From positions 1 to 25,355 of the IMG/VR virus record IMGVR_UViG_3300020409_000071: a stretch of DNA of 25,355 bases; one strand, written 5' to 3'. The position numbers and the translations under genes are program-made. Shown here piece by piece: positions 1 to 9,300 of this stretch. The DNA comes from a virus. Lineage: Duplodnaviria; Caudoviricetes. Numbering within the stretch: the stretch's first letter is position 1; every line of letters begins with the position of its first letter. The notes beneath the pieces were generated by a model. The model was not told the origin of the DNA. It saw nothing but the letters and a program-made list of their open reading frames with translations, and did no database searches.

Positions 1-164
1 TTATTTTGAAATTGCACAGCCTGATTGGTAACATTTCCTGTTGCTGCTGCCACAGGGTTGGACGAGTTATTGGTGTCTCCTTCCGCATATATTGGTGTTA
101 TTGTGAGAATACAGAAAGCGAGGTAGTAGTAGAGTTTATTGTATAGTTTCTTGTGGTATCCCAT
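1..164 (-). CDS. Hypothetical exported protein, N-terminal part only (runs off window edge)
   Basis: Not in the ORF track. Manual translation from ATG at 164: MGYHKKLYNKLYYYLAFCILTITPIYAEGDTNNSSNPVAAATGNVTNQAVQFQN..., open to position 1. Basic N-terminus, hydrophobic core and IYA|E suggest a signal peptide. Overlaps the 3' end of the upstream gene. Confidence 0.7.
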   Translation of the reverse strand, partial: MGYHKKLYNKLYYYLAFCILTITPIYAEGDTNNSSNPVAAATGNVTNQAVQFQN

Positions 165-457
165 TGTTCTACTAATCCAGCTGATCTTGTTGTGACTTCT
201 AGTGACCAAGGTAGAGTGTTGTCAGTAACTGTAAATACTGCGTCTCCACCACTAATACCAGCACTTGCTGATGATGTGATGTTAGACCCATTCCAAGTCT
301 TGACTTCAGCCCCAAAAACTTGACGCTGTTCTACTTCGGTTATAGTCTGTGTGGTAGTGGTCGTTGAGTTCATCGACCCTGTGGTAAACTGAGGTGTAAC
401 GGTATTAGCATATGCACCTGCAGGTAGCAGTAGCATAGCAATAAGTAATTTTCTCAT
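98..457 (-). CDS. Hypothetical Thr/Ser-rich exported protein (119 aa)
   Basis: The track starts it at 490, but ATG at 457 overlaps the upstream stop (ATGA) and gives a clean signal peptide, MRKLLIAMLLLPAGAYA|N. Confidence 0.75.
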   Translation of the reverse strand: MRKLLIAMLLLPAGAYANTVTPQFTTGSMNSTTTTTQTITEVEQRQVFGAEVKTWNGSNITSSASAGISGGDAVFTVTDNTLPWSLEVTTRSAGLVEQWDTTRNYTINSTTTSLSVFSQ

Positions 458-771
458 GTTTTGGGTTTGTCTTTGTTTGCCATAGGACATACAGGTGGTT
501 TGCTACTGCCATTCTTACCAGTAGTAAGACCAAATGTAGCAAGTGCTCCAGTAAAAACGCTGGCTACAAAAGTGATGTCAGAGTTGCCAGATTTTTTAAC
601 CATAGGTATATCTACATAGTTCATAGTAATAATAAAACCAGACCATACTACAACTCCTAATCTGACAAAAGTGCCTAGTATTTCTATTTGATGTTCTTTA
701 TCTTCTACAACTTCTTTTAGTTTTTTTGTGAAACTTCTGGGTTGCCCTTTGATAACCTTATCTTCTTCCAT
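454..771 (-). CDS. Small two-TM membrane protein (holin-like candidate)
   Basis: 105 aa with two hydrophobic segments (ILGTFVRLGVVVWSGFIITM; ITFVASVFTGALATFGL), charged termini, and a late position after the tail fibres. Holin role is inference only. Confidence 0.65.
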   Translation of the reverse strand: MEEDKVIKGQPRSFTKKLKEVVEDKEHQIEILGTFVRLGVVVWSGFIITMNYVDIPMVKKSGNSDITFVASVFTGALATFGLTTGKNGSSKPPVCPMANKDKPKT

Positions 772-1106
772 GCTGTTTTAAGTATTGGTTTCATAGCTGT
801 AACTACCCATTTAAAGGCTGCTGTTGCAGTTAAAGTTGCAGCTACAGAAACGACTGCTGTAGTAGAAGCCGTTATAAGTATTTCATTTTCTGGTAAAGGC
901 ATTTTGAAATCTATAAATGGTATATCAACCTGCCTAATTCCAGTTGGTTCTTCTTCTGTAGTTTCTGGCTGTGTGCCTTCTGGTTCTCTAAGATCACTAG
1001 GAGGCACTACCAAAGGTACATAAGTAGGTATGTTACCCGTGGGTAGCGGTATAGATATAGTGTCTATTTTTTCTACCGTTGGTAAATAAATAGCAGGTAC
1101 ATCCAT
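717..1106 (-). CDS. Hypothetical membrane-anchored protein (Pro/Glu-rich N-terminus, C-terminal TM)
   Basis: 129 aa, ATG directly abuts the fibre stop at 1107. Hydrophobic stretch ILITASTTAVVSVAATLTATAAFKWVV is followed by a Lys-rich tail. Confidence 0.7.
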   Translation of the reverse strand: MDVPAIYLPTVEKIDTISIPLPTGNIPTYVPLVVPPSDLREPEGTQPETTEEEPTGIRQVDIPFIDFKMPLPENEILITASTTAVVSVAATLTATAAFKWVVTAMKPILKTAWKKIRLSKGNPEVSQKN

Positions 1107-2987
1107 TTAGGTTTTCATGATATAACAAAGAGCATAGTAAGGTGATCTTGTATCAATACTTACTGTGTCTGAACCAGAAATGTTTACTGTATCAGAACCA
1201 GATCCAGAGAAGTTAAAACCATGAGCATGAGTTGTAGTACCCCAATAATAGTTGTTCATGTTTTTGTATTGAACACCAGTACCATTATAACCATATAAGT
1301 TAGTACTACCAAAGTTACCAAATTCATTACCTGTTGTACCAGATCCAGATACACTTACGTTTACAGTATCAGATCCAGAAATGTTAACTGTATCTGTAGC
1401 AGTATTATTACCACCTGTATTTCCTACAGCGTAAGAGTTACCAGCACCAACAACAAACCTGTCTCTAAGATCGGGTGTGCTGTTAGATCCATTACATAGT
1501 ACAAATCCACTAGGAATACTACCTGTAGATCCAGACCACAATAGAATCATACCAGAAACAAACGATTCAACACCTGTTAAGTTTGCACCACTACCAACAA
1601 AACTGTCAGCATATATAGTTGCAAATCTTACAGAGTTTGTACCTAAGTTTCTAGAGCTGTCTGCATCAGGTGTGATATTTTCACAAGTTACATTACCTGT
1701 AAACTCACCACCAGCCAATGGCATTTTAGTAGCAATACTGTTAGTTACAGTTGTAGAGAAGTTAGCATCGTCACCCATAGCTGCTGCTAACTCGTTAAGA
1801 GTATTAAGAGCACTTGGGGATGAGTCTACTAAGTTTGATATAGCTGTATCTGTGTACGCAGTTGTAGCAACCTTTGTTGAAGCATCACCTGCAGATTGTG
1901 TTGTTGCAGTTACACCGTTAAGTATAACACCGTTTGAAGTAGTTAATGCGTCAAGTTTTGCATGGTCAGCATCAGTAAATACATTACTGTCACTAGCAGC
2001 TGCTACGGCTGCTCTAATTTCTGCATTACTTTGATCTCCTGTCGCACCACTTTCTATACCGTTTAGTTTGGAATGGTCTGCATCTGTAAATACATTAGAA
2101 TCTGAAGCTGACTCTACAAGAGTTCTTATCTCAGCAGCAGTTTGATCTGCAGTAGCTGCAGTTTCTATGCCATTTAACTTAGTATGGTCAGCGTCAGTAA
2201 ACACGTTACTGTCAGATGCTGCTTCTACAAGTGTACGTATTTCAGCAGCAGTCTGGTCAGCAGTAGCAGACGCTTCGATACTATCCAGTTTACCACCGTC
2301 AGTAGCTATGTCTCTACCGTCAACTGTTCCTGTACATGTGATGTTTCCTGTTACGTCAATACCAGCACCAAAATCTGTATTACCAGCTATAGAAACTGTA
2401 CCATCACTTACAATACTAAGTCTTGTATCGTTTGAACTGGTCGCATCAATAATTCTAAAGACACCATTATGATTCCATATTCCGAAGTCAGGGTTGTTAT
2501 CTGTGTCACTTAAATATATTTGAGGTGTAGTATTACTTAAAGTTAAAGTTCCAGTTGATGTAATAGCTCCAGAACCTAAAGTTCCAGTTGTAACTATATT
2601 TTGAGATCCAAAGTTAGGAGATATTTTAGTTCCAGCTATTGCAGCAGAGGCGTTAACGTCTGCGTTTACGATTGTTCCGTCAACTATGTCTGCGGATTCG
2701 ATTGTTAGATTACCAGACACGTTAGCATCTTGTATCTTTACGTCTGAGGGTAGTGTACCAGCAGCAATCTTACTTACTGCTATAGAATCATTACTTAACC
2801 TACCAGCAATCGTTGAACTGGATACGTTATTTAAGTCCTCTCTTGCAAGAGCTCTTCCTCCTGTTGTACTACCGTCATGTACGACAGCAGTATCTTTTGT
2901 GGTATCTATAGTTACTTCACCTTCAGCACCAGTAAATGACCCGTGCTGAGTTGTAGTACCACGTCTTAATTTTAATAATTTTGCCAT
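1107..2987 (-). CDS. Second (distal) tail fibre: Mtd_N-like N-terminus, repeat shaft, tail-collar-like C-terminal domain
   Basis: N-terminus LKLRRGTTTQHGSFTGAEGEVTIDTTKDTAVVHDGSTTGG matches the major-tropism-determinant N-terminal motif. It also has a SPSALNTLNELAAAMGDDANFSTTVTN fibre motif, a collar-like GMILLWSG...IPSGFVLCNG...PDLRDRFVVGAG, and the end PYYALCYIMK. Confidence 0.88.
   Translation of the reverse strand: MAKLLKLRRGTTTQHGSFTGAEGEVTIDTTKDTAVVHDGSTTGGRALAREDLNNVSSSTIAGRLSNDSIAVSKIAAGTLPSDVKIQDANVSGNLTIESADIVDGTIVNADVNASAAIAGTKISPNFGSQNIVTTGTLGSGAITSTGTLTLSNTTPQIYLSDTDNNPDFGIWNHNGVFRIIDATSSNDTRLSIVSDGTVSIAGNTDFGAGIDVTGNITCTGTVDGRDIATDGGKLDSIEASATADQTAAEIRTLVEAASDSNVFTDADHTKLNGIETAATADQTAAEIRTLVESASDSNVFTDADHSKLNGIESGATGDQSNAEIRAAVAAASDSNVFTDADHAKLDALTTSNGVILNGVTATTQSAGDASTKVATTAYTDTAISNLVDSSPSALNTLNELAAAMGDDANFSTTVTNSIATKMPLAGGEFTGNVTCENITPDADSSRNLGTNSVRFATIYADSFVGSGANLTGVESFVSGMILLWSGSTGSIPSGFVLCNGSNSTPDLRDRFVVGAGNSYAVGNTGGNNTATDTVNISGSDTVNVSVSGSGTTGNEFGNFGSTNLYGYNGTGVQYKNMNNYYWGTTTHAHGFNFSGSGSDTVNISGSDTVSIDTRSPYYALCYIMKT
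1950..2290 (-). repeat. About 3 tandem 111-bp (37-aa) repeats in the distal fibre
   Basis: Unit DHTKLNGIETAATADQTAAEIRTLVESASDSNVFTDA. The NVFTDA-coding anchor recurs at about 1969, 2080 and 2191 (111-nt spacing). Confidence 0.9.
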
Positions 2988-5900
2988 TTAAAGTGTACCG
3001 AAATCTATTTGTAAGTTGTCTCCGCTAACAGTTCCTACCTCAGTAAGACTATTGTTATTGCAATCTAGTGTAGCAACTAATTCTGGAGAAGTGTCGTCAG
3101 CTACGTTTTGAATACCAGAGTTAGATGTAATACCTAACCATGCAGAACCGTTGTAGTTTTTCAAAGTGTTAGTACTTGTGTCAAACCACAAATCTCCAGC
3201 ACTAGGACTGTTAGGTGCAGAACTAGAAATCTTGTATTCATTTGCATATCTATTTACGTCAGATATAGAACCAGAAACTGTATTTATATTTGTAGCGTTA
3301 GAAACTGCTGAGTTAATGTTTGAAGCATTATTGTGTACGCTGTTAACATTAGATATATTATTACCTACTGAGTTTACATTAGATATATTAGTTGCAACTG
3401 TATTAATGTTTGTAGCGTTGGAAACAACAGCATTAATATTTGAAGCGTTGCTAACAGCAGCATTGATATTAGAAGCGTTAGCTTGTACGGCGTTAATGTT
3501 TGTTGCGTTTCCTTGTACTGCATTTATATTTGTTTCGTTATCAGCAACAGCAGTTATGTTAGTAGCATTACTTACTGCAGCGTTAATATTTGATGCGTTA
3601 CTTACAGCAGCATTTATATTGCTTTGATTAGAAACGGCTGCATTTACATTAGATATATTATTTGCAACTGTAGTTACGTTAGAAGCTATACCACCAACCG
3701 TTGTAACATCAGACGCAATATCAGCTACAGCTTTGACAGGATCTTCTACTACGGTAATACTATTACCCATACCAGTACCATGCACAGAACAATAGTACTT
3801 AAATGTGTTTGGTTGTGTTTCTGGTATTTTAATAACAACTTTAGCACCTGCTTGACCAGCTGTACCAGTTGATGTTACATTTGTTGTATATGCACTACCG
3901 CCAGATTGAAATACTAACGGATGGTTAGCATTACTACTATTACTTAAATCAAATGTATATGTCCAACCTTTATGTAATGAAATAGCTTTAGCAGGATTTG
4001 AAGTGTCACCGTCAAATACATATTTATTACCACCAGAGTTTACAACTGAAACCATAATGGTTATTTCATCTTCTAAAGCATCTGCAACTATATCAAGTGA
4101 ACCGTTAGAACTACCTGTTGTTACAGAATCACTTATAAGACCTAAATCTTCGCTATATGTTATAGCTCCAGAAACAATAGCTACGTCATCAAGAACTGCT
4201 TGAGAAGGTGTAATAATAGCCCACGCACTTCCGTTCCAAACACGTAAGTCATCGTTACTGTTGTTAAACCATAAGTCACCATCTTGTAATGATGTACCGT
4301 CAGCTCTTTGTGTAGGAGCACTTCCTGATATTTGATATAAGTCAGCAAAGTTATTTATATCAGCTACGTTAGCACCTGCATTAACAATGTTAGTAATATT
4401 TTGTGCAACAGTATTAACTTGTGTTGCTATAGGTACTAATCTATGGAAAGTGTATGTATGTGTTGTAGATGTAGATTCTACTAAGAAACCAAAGTTTTGT
4501 GGTATTGCTGTAGGTACACCTGTTACAGTCACTGTGTTTCCTGACCCTGCACCATTTGCAATAGTAAGAGTCGTACCGCTAGGGGTTAATGTTGTACTTG
4601 CAGCAGCAACACTTAATATAGCTGATTGACCTGTAGCTCCTTGTGGGTTTGTTGTAGGAAAGCTAGTTTCGTTAGCAATAGCTGTAAAACCACCAACCTC
4701 GTCAATAAGGTCAACAATACGAGCGTTAATTGCAGCAGTAGTAGCTACAAATGCGTCAGAGTTTGACCATGATACACCACTAGCAATAGTTTCTGAACTG
4801 TCTTGTCTTAAAAATCTAGCTTCAGCTTCTGTTTCTGTGTAGTATCTACCATCAAGAGCACCATTTGTAAGTTCTGTTTCTGTAAAATACCTAGTATCTA
4901 AAGATGTTGTATTCATCTCAGACAAGGTAAGTTTGTCAGATTGTAATAGTGTTTTGATTTCACTAGCGGTTTGATCTGCAGTAGCTGCAGTCTCTATACC
5001 TGCTAGTTTACTTTGCTCTGCATCACTAAACTCGTTAGTGTCAGCATTGGCTTCGTATGCAGCTTTTATCTCTGCATTAGTTTGGTCTGCTGTAGCTCCA
5101 GTTTCTATACCGTTTAGTTTAGTATGATCTGCGTCAGTAAAGACATTACTGTCTGTAGCAGCTTCGGTAAGAGTTCTTATTTCTGCTGCTGTCTGATCGG
5201 CTGTAGCTGCAGTTTCAATACCGTCTAGTTTAGCACCATCAGCTGCTACGTCACGTCCATCAACTGTGCCAGAAATTGTTATGTTTCCTGTAACAGTATG
5301 AGCTCCACTAGCCAGTGTACCCGTTGTTGATATGTTTTGTGTATCAAAAGCAGGGTTAACTTTAGTACCAGCTATGGCAGCTGACGCATTAATATCAGCG
5401 TTAACTATAGTGCCATCTACAATATTAGTGCTTGATACTGTAATGTCAGTTGGTAAAGCTCCTCCTTCTAGTTTTCCTAAAGAAACAGAGTCATTAGCTA
5501 ACTTATCACCATCTATATTAGCACTGGAGTTAATGTCAGCATTTACTATAGTACCATTTACAAGGTTAGTACTTGCTACTGTAATATCTGTAGGCAGAGC
5601 ACCTGATCCTAATTTTGCTAAAGTAACAGAATCATCGGCTAGTTTTGTACCAGCTATATCTGCACTAGCATTTATATCTGCATCGACTATAGTACCATCT
5701 ACGATATTAGCACTTGCCACAGTTATATCTGTTGGCAATGTACCTGAGCCTAGTTTATCTAAGGTTACAGAGTCATCTAACAGCTTAGATCCCTGTATAT
5801 CGGCATTTGCGTTTATATCAGCATTTACTATAGTACCGTCAGTTATCATTGTAGATGTAACTGAACCAGTATCTGTAGTTTTGACTACTAAGTCTACCTG

Positions 5901-6383
5901 TCCTAGACTGTTATATATTTTACCTTCTAAATCAAAGGCTTTATTTCTAGCTTCTTGTGCAGTAAAATTAGATTCTCGTGCTGAGTTGTTGAGATCAGTA
6001 GCTCTAATTGTACTACCACTAGCAAAACTTGTATATGTACCGTCTGCATCTCTAGTTCTACGCTCACAAAATACTACTGCACCTTGCGGTAGGGCAGAGT
6101 TGAACGTAATGGTATTGTTATCAGTGGAAAGTTGGTAGTTATATAAAGTTGTACCCGCTGAAACTGCAGGATAGTATAATCCATCTGTGTTGTTCACCTG
6201 TGGGTGACTAGATTGTGCAGTACTACCAGTAGACTGGCGTAACTGTAGCACTCTAGTACCACCCGACAATGTGACATAAACATCTAGATCATCTTGGTTA
6301 TTCAGTTGTATACCTACAGGAGTAAATGCTGTTGTAGTAGCATTACTCGTGGCAGGAAAAAGTTTTTTAGTTGTAACTGCCAT
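2988..6383 (-). CDS. gp17: Tail fibre protein (T7 gp17-like N-terminal adaptor)
   Basis: 1131 aa immediately after gp16. N-terminal gp17-like segment (...DDLDVYV...ERRT...FASGSTIRATDLN), several repeat blocks, C-terminal LQIDFGTL. Confidence 0.88.
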   Translation of the reverse strand: MAVTTKKLFPATSNATTTAFTPVGIQLNNQDDLDVYVTLSGGTRVLQLRQSTGSTAQSSHPQVNNTDGLYYPAVSAGTTLYNYQLSTDNNTITFNSALPQGAVVFCERRTRDADGTYTSFASGSTIRATDLNNSARESNFTAQEARNKAFDLEGKIYNSLGQVDLVVKTTDTGSVTSTMITDGTIVNADINANADIQGSKLLDDSVTLDKLGSGTLPTDITVASANIVDGTIVDADINASADIAGTKLADDSVTLAKLGSGALPTDITVASTNLVNGTIVNADINSSANIDGDKLANDSVSLGKLEGGALPTDITVSSTNIVDGTIVNADINASAAIAGTKVNPAFDTQNISTTGTLASGAHTVTGNITISGTVDGRDVAADGAKLDGIETAATADQTAAEIRTLTEAATDSNVFTDADHTKLNGIETGATADQTNAEIKAAYEANADTNEFSDAEQSKLAGIETAATADQTASEIKTLLQSDKLTLSEMNTTSLDTRYFTETELTNGALDGRYYTETEAEARFLRQDSSETIASGVSWSNSDAFVATTAAINARIVDLIDEVGGFTAIANETSFPTTNPQGATGQSAILSVAAASTTLTPSGTTLTIANGAGSGNTVTVTGVPTAIPQNFGFLVESTSTTHTYTFHRLVPIATQVNTVAQNITNIVNAGANVADINNFADLYQISGSAPTQRADGTSLQDGDLWFNNSNDDLRVWNGSAWAIITPSQAVLDDVAIVSGAITYSEDLGLISDSVTTGSSNGSLDIVADALEDEITIMVSVVNSGGNKYVFDGDTSNPAKAISLHKGWTYTFDLSNSSNANHPLVFQSGGSAYTTNVTSTGTAGQAGAKVVIKIPETQPNTFKYYCSVHGTGMGNSITVVEDPVKAVADIASDVTTVGGIASNVTTVANNISNVNAAVSNQSNINAAVSNASNINAAVSNATNITAVADNETNINAVQGNATNINAVQANASNINAAVSNASNINAVVSNATNINTVATNISNVNSVGNNISNVNSVHNNASNINSAVSNATNINTVSGSISDVNRYANEYKISSSAPNSPSAGDLWFDTSTNTLKNYNGSAWLGITSNSGIQNVADDTSPELVATLDCNNNSLTEVGTVSGDNLQIDFGTL
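3255..3720 (-). repeat. Degenerate 30-bp (10-aa) Asn-rich tandem repeats in gp17
   Basis: Consecutive units such as NINAAVSNAS / NINAAVSNAT / NINAVQGNAT / NVNSVGNNIS, more than 10 copies. Likely a trimeric coiled-coil shaft. Confidence 0.85.
5360..5840 (-). repeat. Three full plus one partial 141-bp (47-aa) tandem repeats in gp17
   Basis: Unit DGTIVNADINA...KL.DDSVTL.KLGSG.LPTDITVAS.NIV. The (D/N)GT-coding anchor recurs at 5831, 5690, 5549 and 5408 (141-nt spacing). Confidence 0.9.
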
Positions 6384-6395
6384 TGATAATCAATG

Positions 6396-9300
6396 TTATT
6401 TTGGAAATTTATAAATTAAGTTTTCTATTGCATCATAATTACCTTGTTTACCTATCAACCTTTGATCTGTTCTCTCTCTAAACTTAAGATCTAAGTCTGG
6501 ATTGTTTCTACGTAGTTCAAGCCAAGCTATTTTTTTAGCTCTTCTAAACTCTTCAGCAATCAATCTATAGAATCTTTGTTCGTATAGTTTGAACTCAGTT
6601 TGTCGTAAACCTCTACTCTTATATAAATCAAGCTCTCTTCTCCATGTACCACCTTCACGCATAATGTTTTCTAATCTTTCTCTAAGATCACCCATAGACA
6701 TATACTTAGATAACTCAGATTTTTCTCTAGAAGTTAGCTTTACACCTTTGTATGTGTCCATAATCTCAGGTAAATTAAAGCTCATTTCCATCAATCCTTC
6801 TTTTACAAAGTCCCCGTCAGGTGCTGTTATAGCAATAGGGCTAAATGAGTTAAATATACGCCAAAAAGGACTACCTACAGGGGCTTTGTAAGGTACACCT
6901 GACCTATCTTTTGCCAATATATCGTACTTAGGAGGTATGGTAGACTTAAATATAAAGTCACGTTTGCGTAAAGTCTCTAAAAATGTATTAGCTTCTTTCT
7001 CGTTAGCATCTACAATGTCACCAAGTTGACCTAAAATACCATATCCTGGAGCCATAGTACGTAGACCTCGTGTAAATATGTTACTAACTTGACCACCTGC
7101 AGAGTCTGCATTTAATAATACAGCAAGATCTTCTACACCAGCTAACATAGACTTATCAACAAAGACTGCTGTAGCCATCCATACTAGCTTTTCACCCCAT
7201 TCATCTCGCCAATCTGTGCCAAGTACGTGTTGATAGTTAGCAAAGTTAGCAGTAGCAGCCAATAATGTGTTAAAAGGCTCTACATCTCTGTAAGATATGT
7301 AAACATCACGGTTTCCTACTCTTGCTTTGAATGAATATGGCTGTATACCCTGTAATCTCCAAAGATCTCTAGTTTCTTTGTCAAATGGTAAGTCACCATA
7401 TAGATTACCAGCATAAGCTGCTGCTGCAGCTGCCCCAATAAACGTAGTTCCTATTGCTATACGACCTTTTATAAGGGCTTGTTCTTGCTTTAGTGTACCT
7501 TTAGTAATACCATACTCTGCTAATACATCCCAGTTAGGTTTTTCAGACATAATATCTGCAAACCTTTTGGTTGCCATTTCTAAAGGTGTATGGGCCCAAC
7601 TTAAACGTAAGGCATTATAACCTGTACGTACAAATGGGAAGAAAAATAGACCGCCAGGAATTTTATTTAAAGATTCAAATATTCTTAAACTGTCAGGTAA
7701 AGCTGTAGTTAGTGTAGCTTCGTTTCCAGCCATCTGAGCTGCCTCATCGCTGATAATAAACTTACCATCTTTTTCTTTAAAGATCATATTTCTAAAATCA
7801 ACTTCTTTTTTAGCTGCATATTCAGTTAGATTTTTAATATCTACACCTTGTTCTATGCCTTCTCTAGCAGCTCTCATACGCATTTCTAGTCTACCAATAA
7901 CTGTACGAGCCATAGCGTCACCAGCTCCCATAGCGTTTTGACTAAATCTTACAAATGGGTTGGTGTTGAAGTCAGCTATAGTAGTTAAAACTCCATATGC
8001 ACGTTTTTGGTTATCAGTACCATATTTTTCAACTAATCGTTTTTGACGATGTAGTTCAGCTATATCTTTAGCTTGGTCAAAACGTCCTACATAACTTTGG
8101 TTCTTTCTGTTCATGCCATTTTTAAAGTTATACATAAACATATCTAAACCTTCTGTATATGCCTTACCTATAGCATCTATACCAGCTGCTGCTATTGCTG
8201 CAGTCTGTTTATCACCAGCTATTCTAGCCCCAATATATGCTGTAAACGGACGTAAAAGTGTAATAAAGTTAGTACCAACTATAGCTCTAATAGGAGTTTT
8301 TAAACTACTAAGTATTGAGTTATAATAAGTTGATGTTAACTCTGTATATAGTCGTGGACTAATCCTATTACCGTCTATAGTACCACCTAAAACACTACCA
8401 AATCTAAACCTTAAATAGTCATTAATATGTTCAAGTGTGTTAATGTTACCGTCAGAGGCAGCATATAACTCAATCAAATCATTTAGCTTATCTGGGTTGT
8501 TAGTATCATTAGCTAACTCTTCTAAATTTTTTCGGTATTGTTTTTGCTGAGATTCTATACGTTTTAAATTTTTAGTTACTCTTTTTTTAAATCCACCCGA
8601 AGTTTCAAATACACCTTTCTGTACAGCCAGTTCATTACCTGTCATCCAGCCAATCTTTTTATGTTCAATCATGGCTATTTCCATTCTGTCCAGAATCATC
8701 TGTATCTGTCTTTTCTTGTTAATACGCTTGGGTAGCTGTATTGTACCAGATGATATGTCAGATAGTTGTTTAGCTAGAGTCTGTATAACTAATCCAAGAG
8801 CTGCCTTTTGTTGACCAGTACCAGTAACTATCTTGTTACCGTCATGTACCCATTGAATAAAGTTATCAGAACCTTCTGTACCAAATAAATTTCTAATTTG
8901 GTTAACACCATCATCAGCTGATAACATACCATAGATCTCTTGCATCTGTCTAATAATACTAGCCTTAACCTCTGCGTAGGGCATAGCAGTATCAATGTCT
9001 TGAAATGCTTTTTCTGATATATTTTCTGCTATTTCTAAAATGTACTGACGGATGTTTTTGTCACCCATAGACATTTCTCTAAGTGCAGTTTCTGTTAATA
9101 AATTAGTAGAGCTTACTGGTCTGTTACCTATTTTGTTTTGTATAGCAGACTCGTTAAGGTTTTTGACTACAGGATTTTTACCTTCTATCTCCATACTTGT
9201 AGTAGCTCTTGCAGAGTCGTCAAACTTCTCTGGGTTGTTGGTTGGGTCTGCTTTACGAAACCTGTCAACCATGTCTTGTCTACTACTTTTACCTAAAGTA

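Noticed and set aside
1107-2987. Diversity-generating retroelement suggested by the Mtd_N-like domain
   Set aside because: No reverse transcriptase, no C-type-lectin variable region and no template repeat with adenine-specific mismatches in the window. The local repeats differ at synonymous sites.
1950-5840. CRISPR-like periodic repeats
   Set aside because: The repeats are in-frame, degenerate protein-coding units (30, 111 and 141 nt) without unique spacers.
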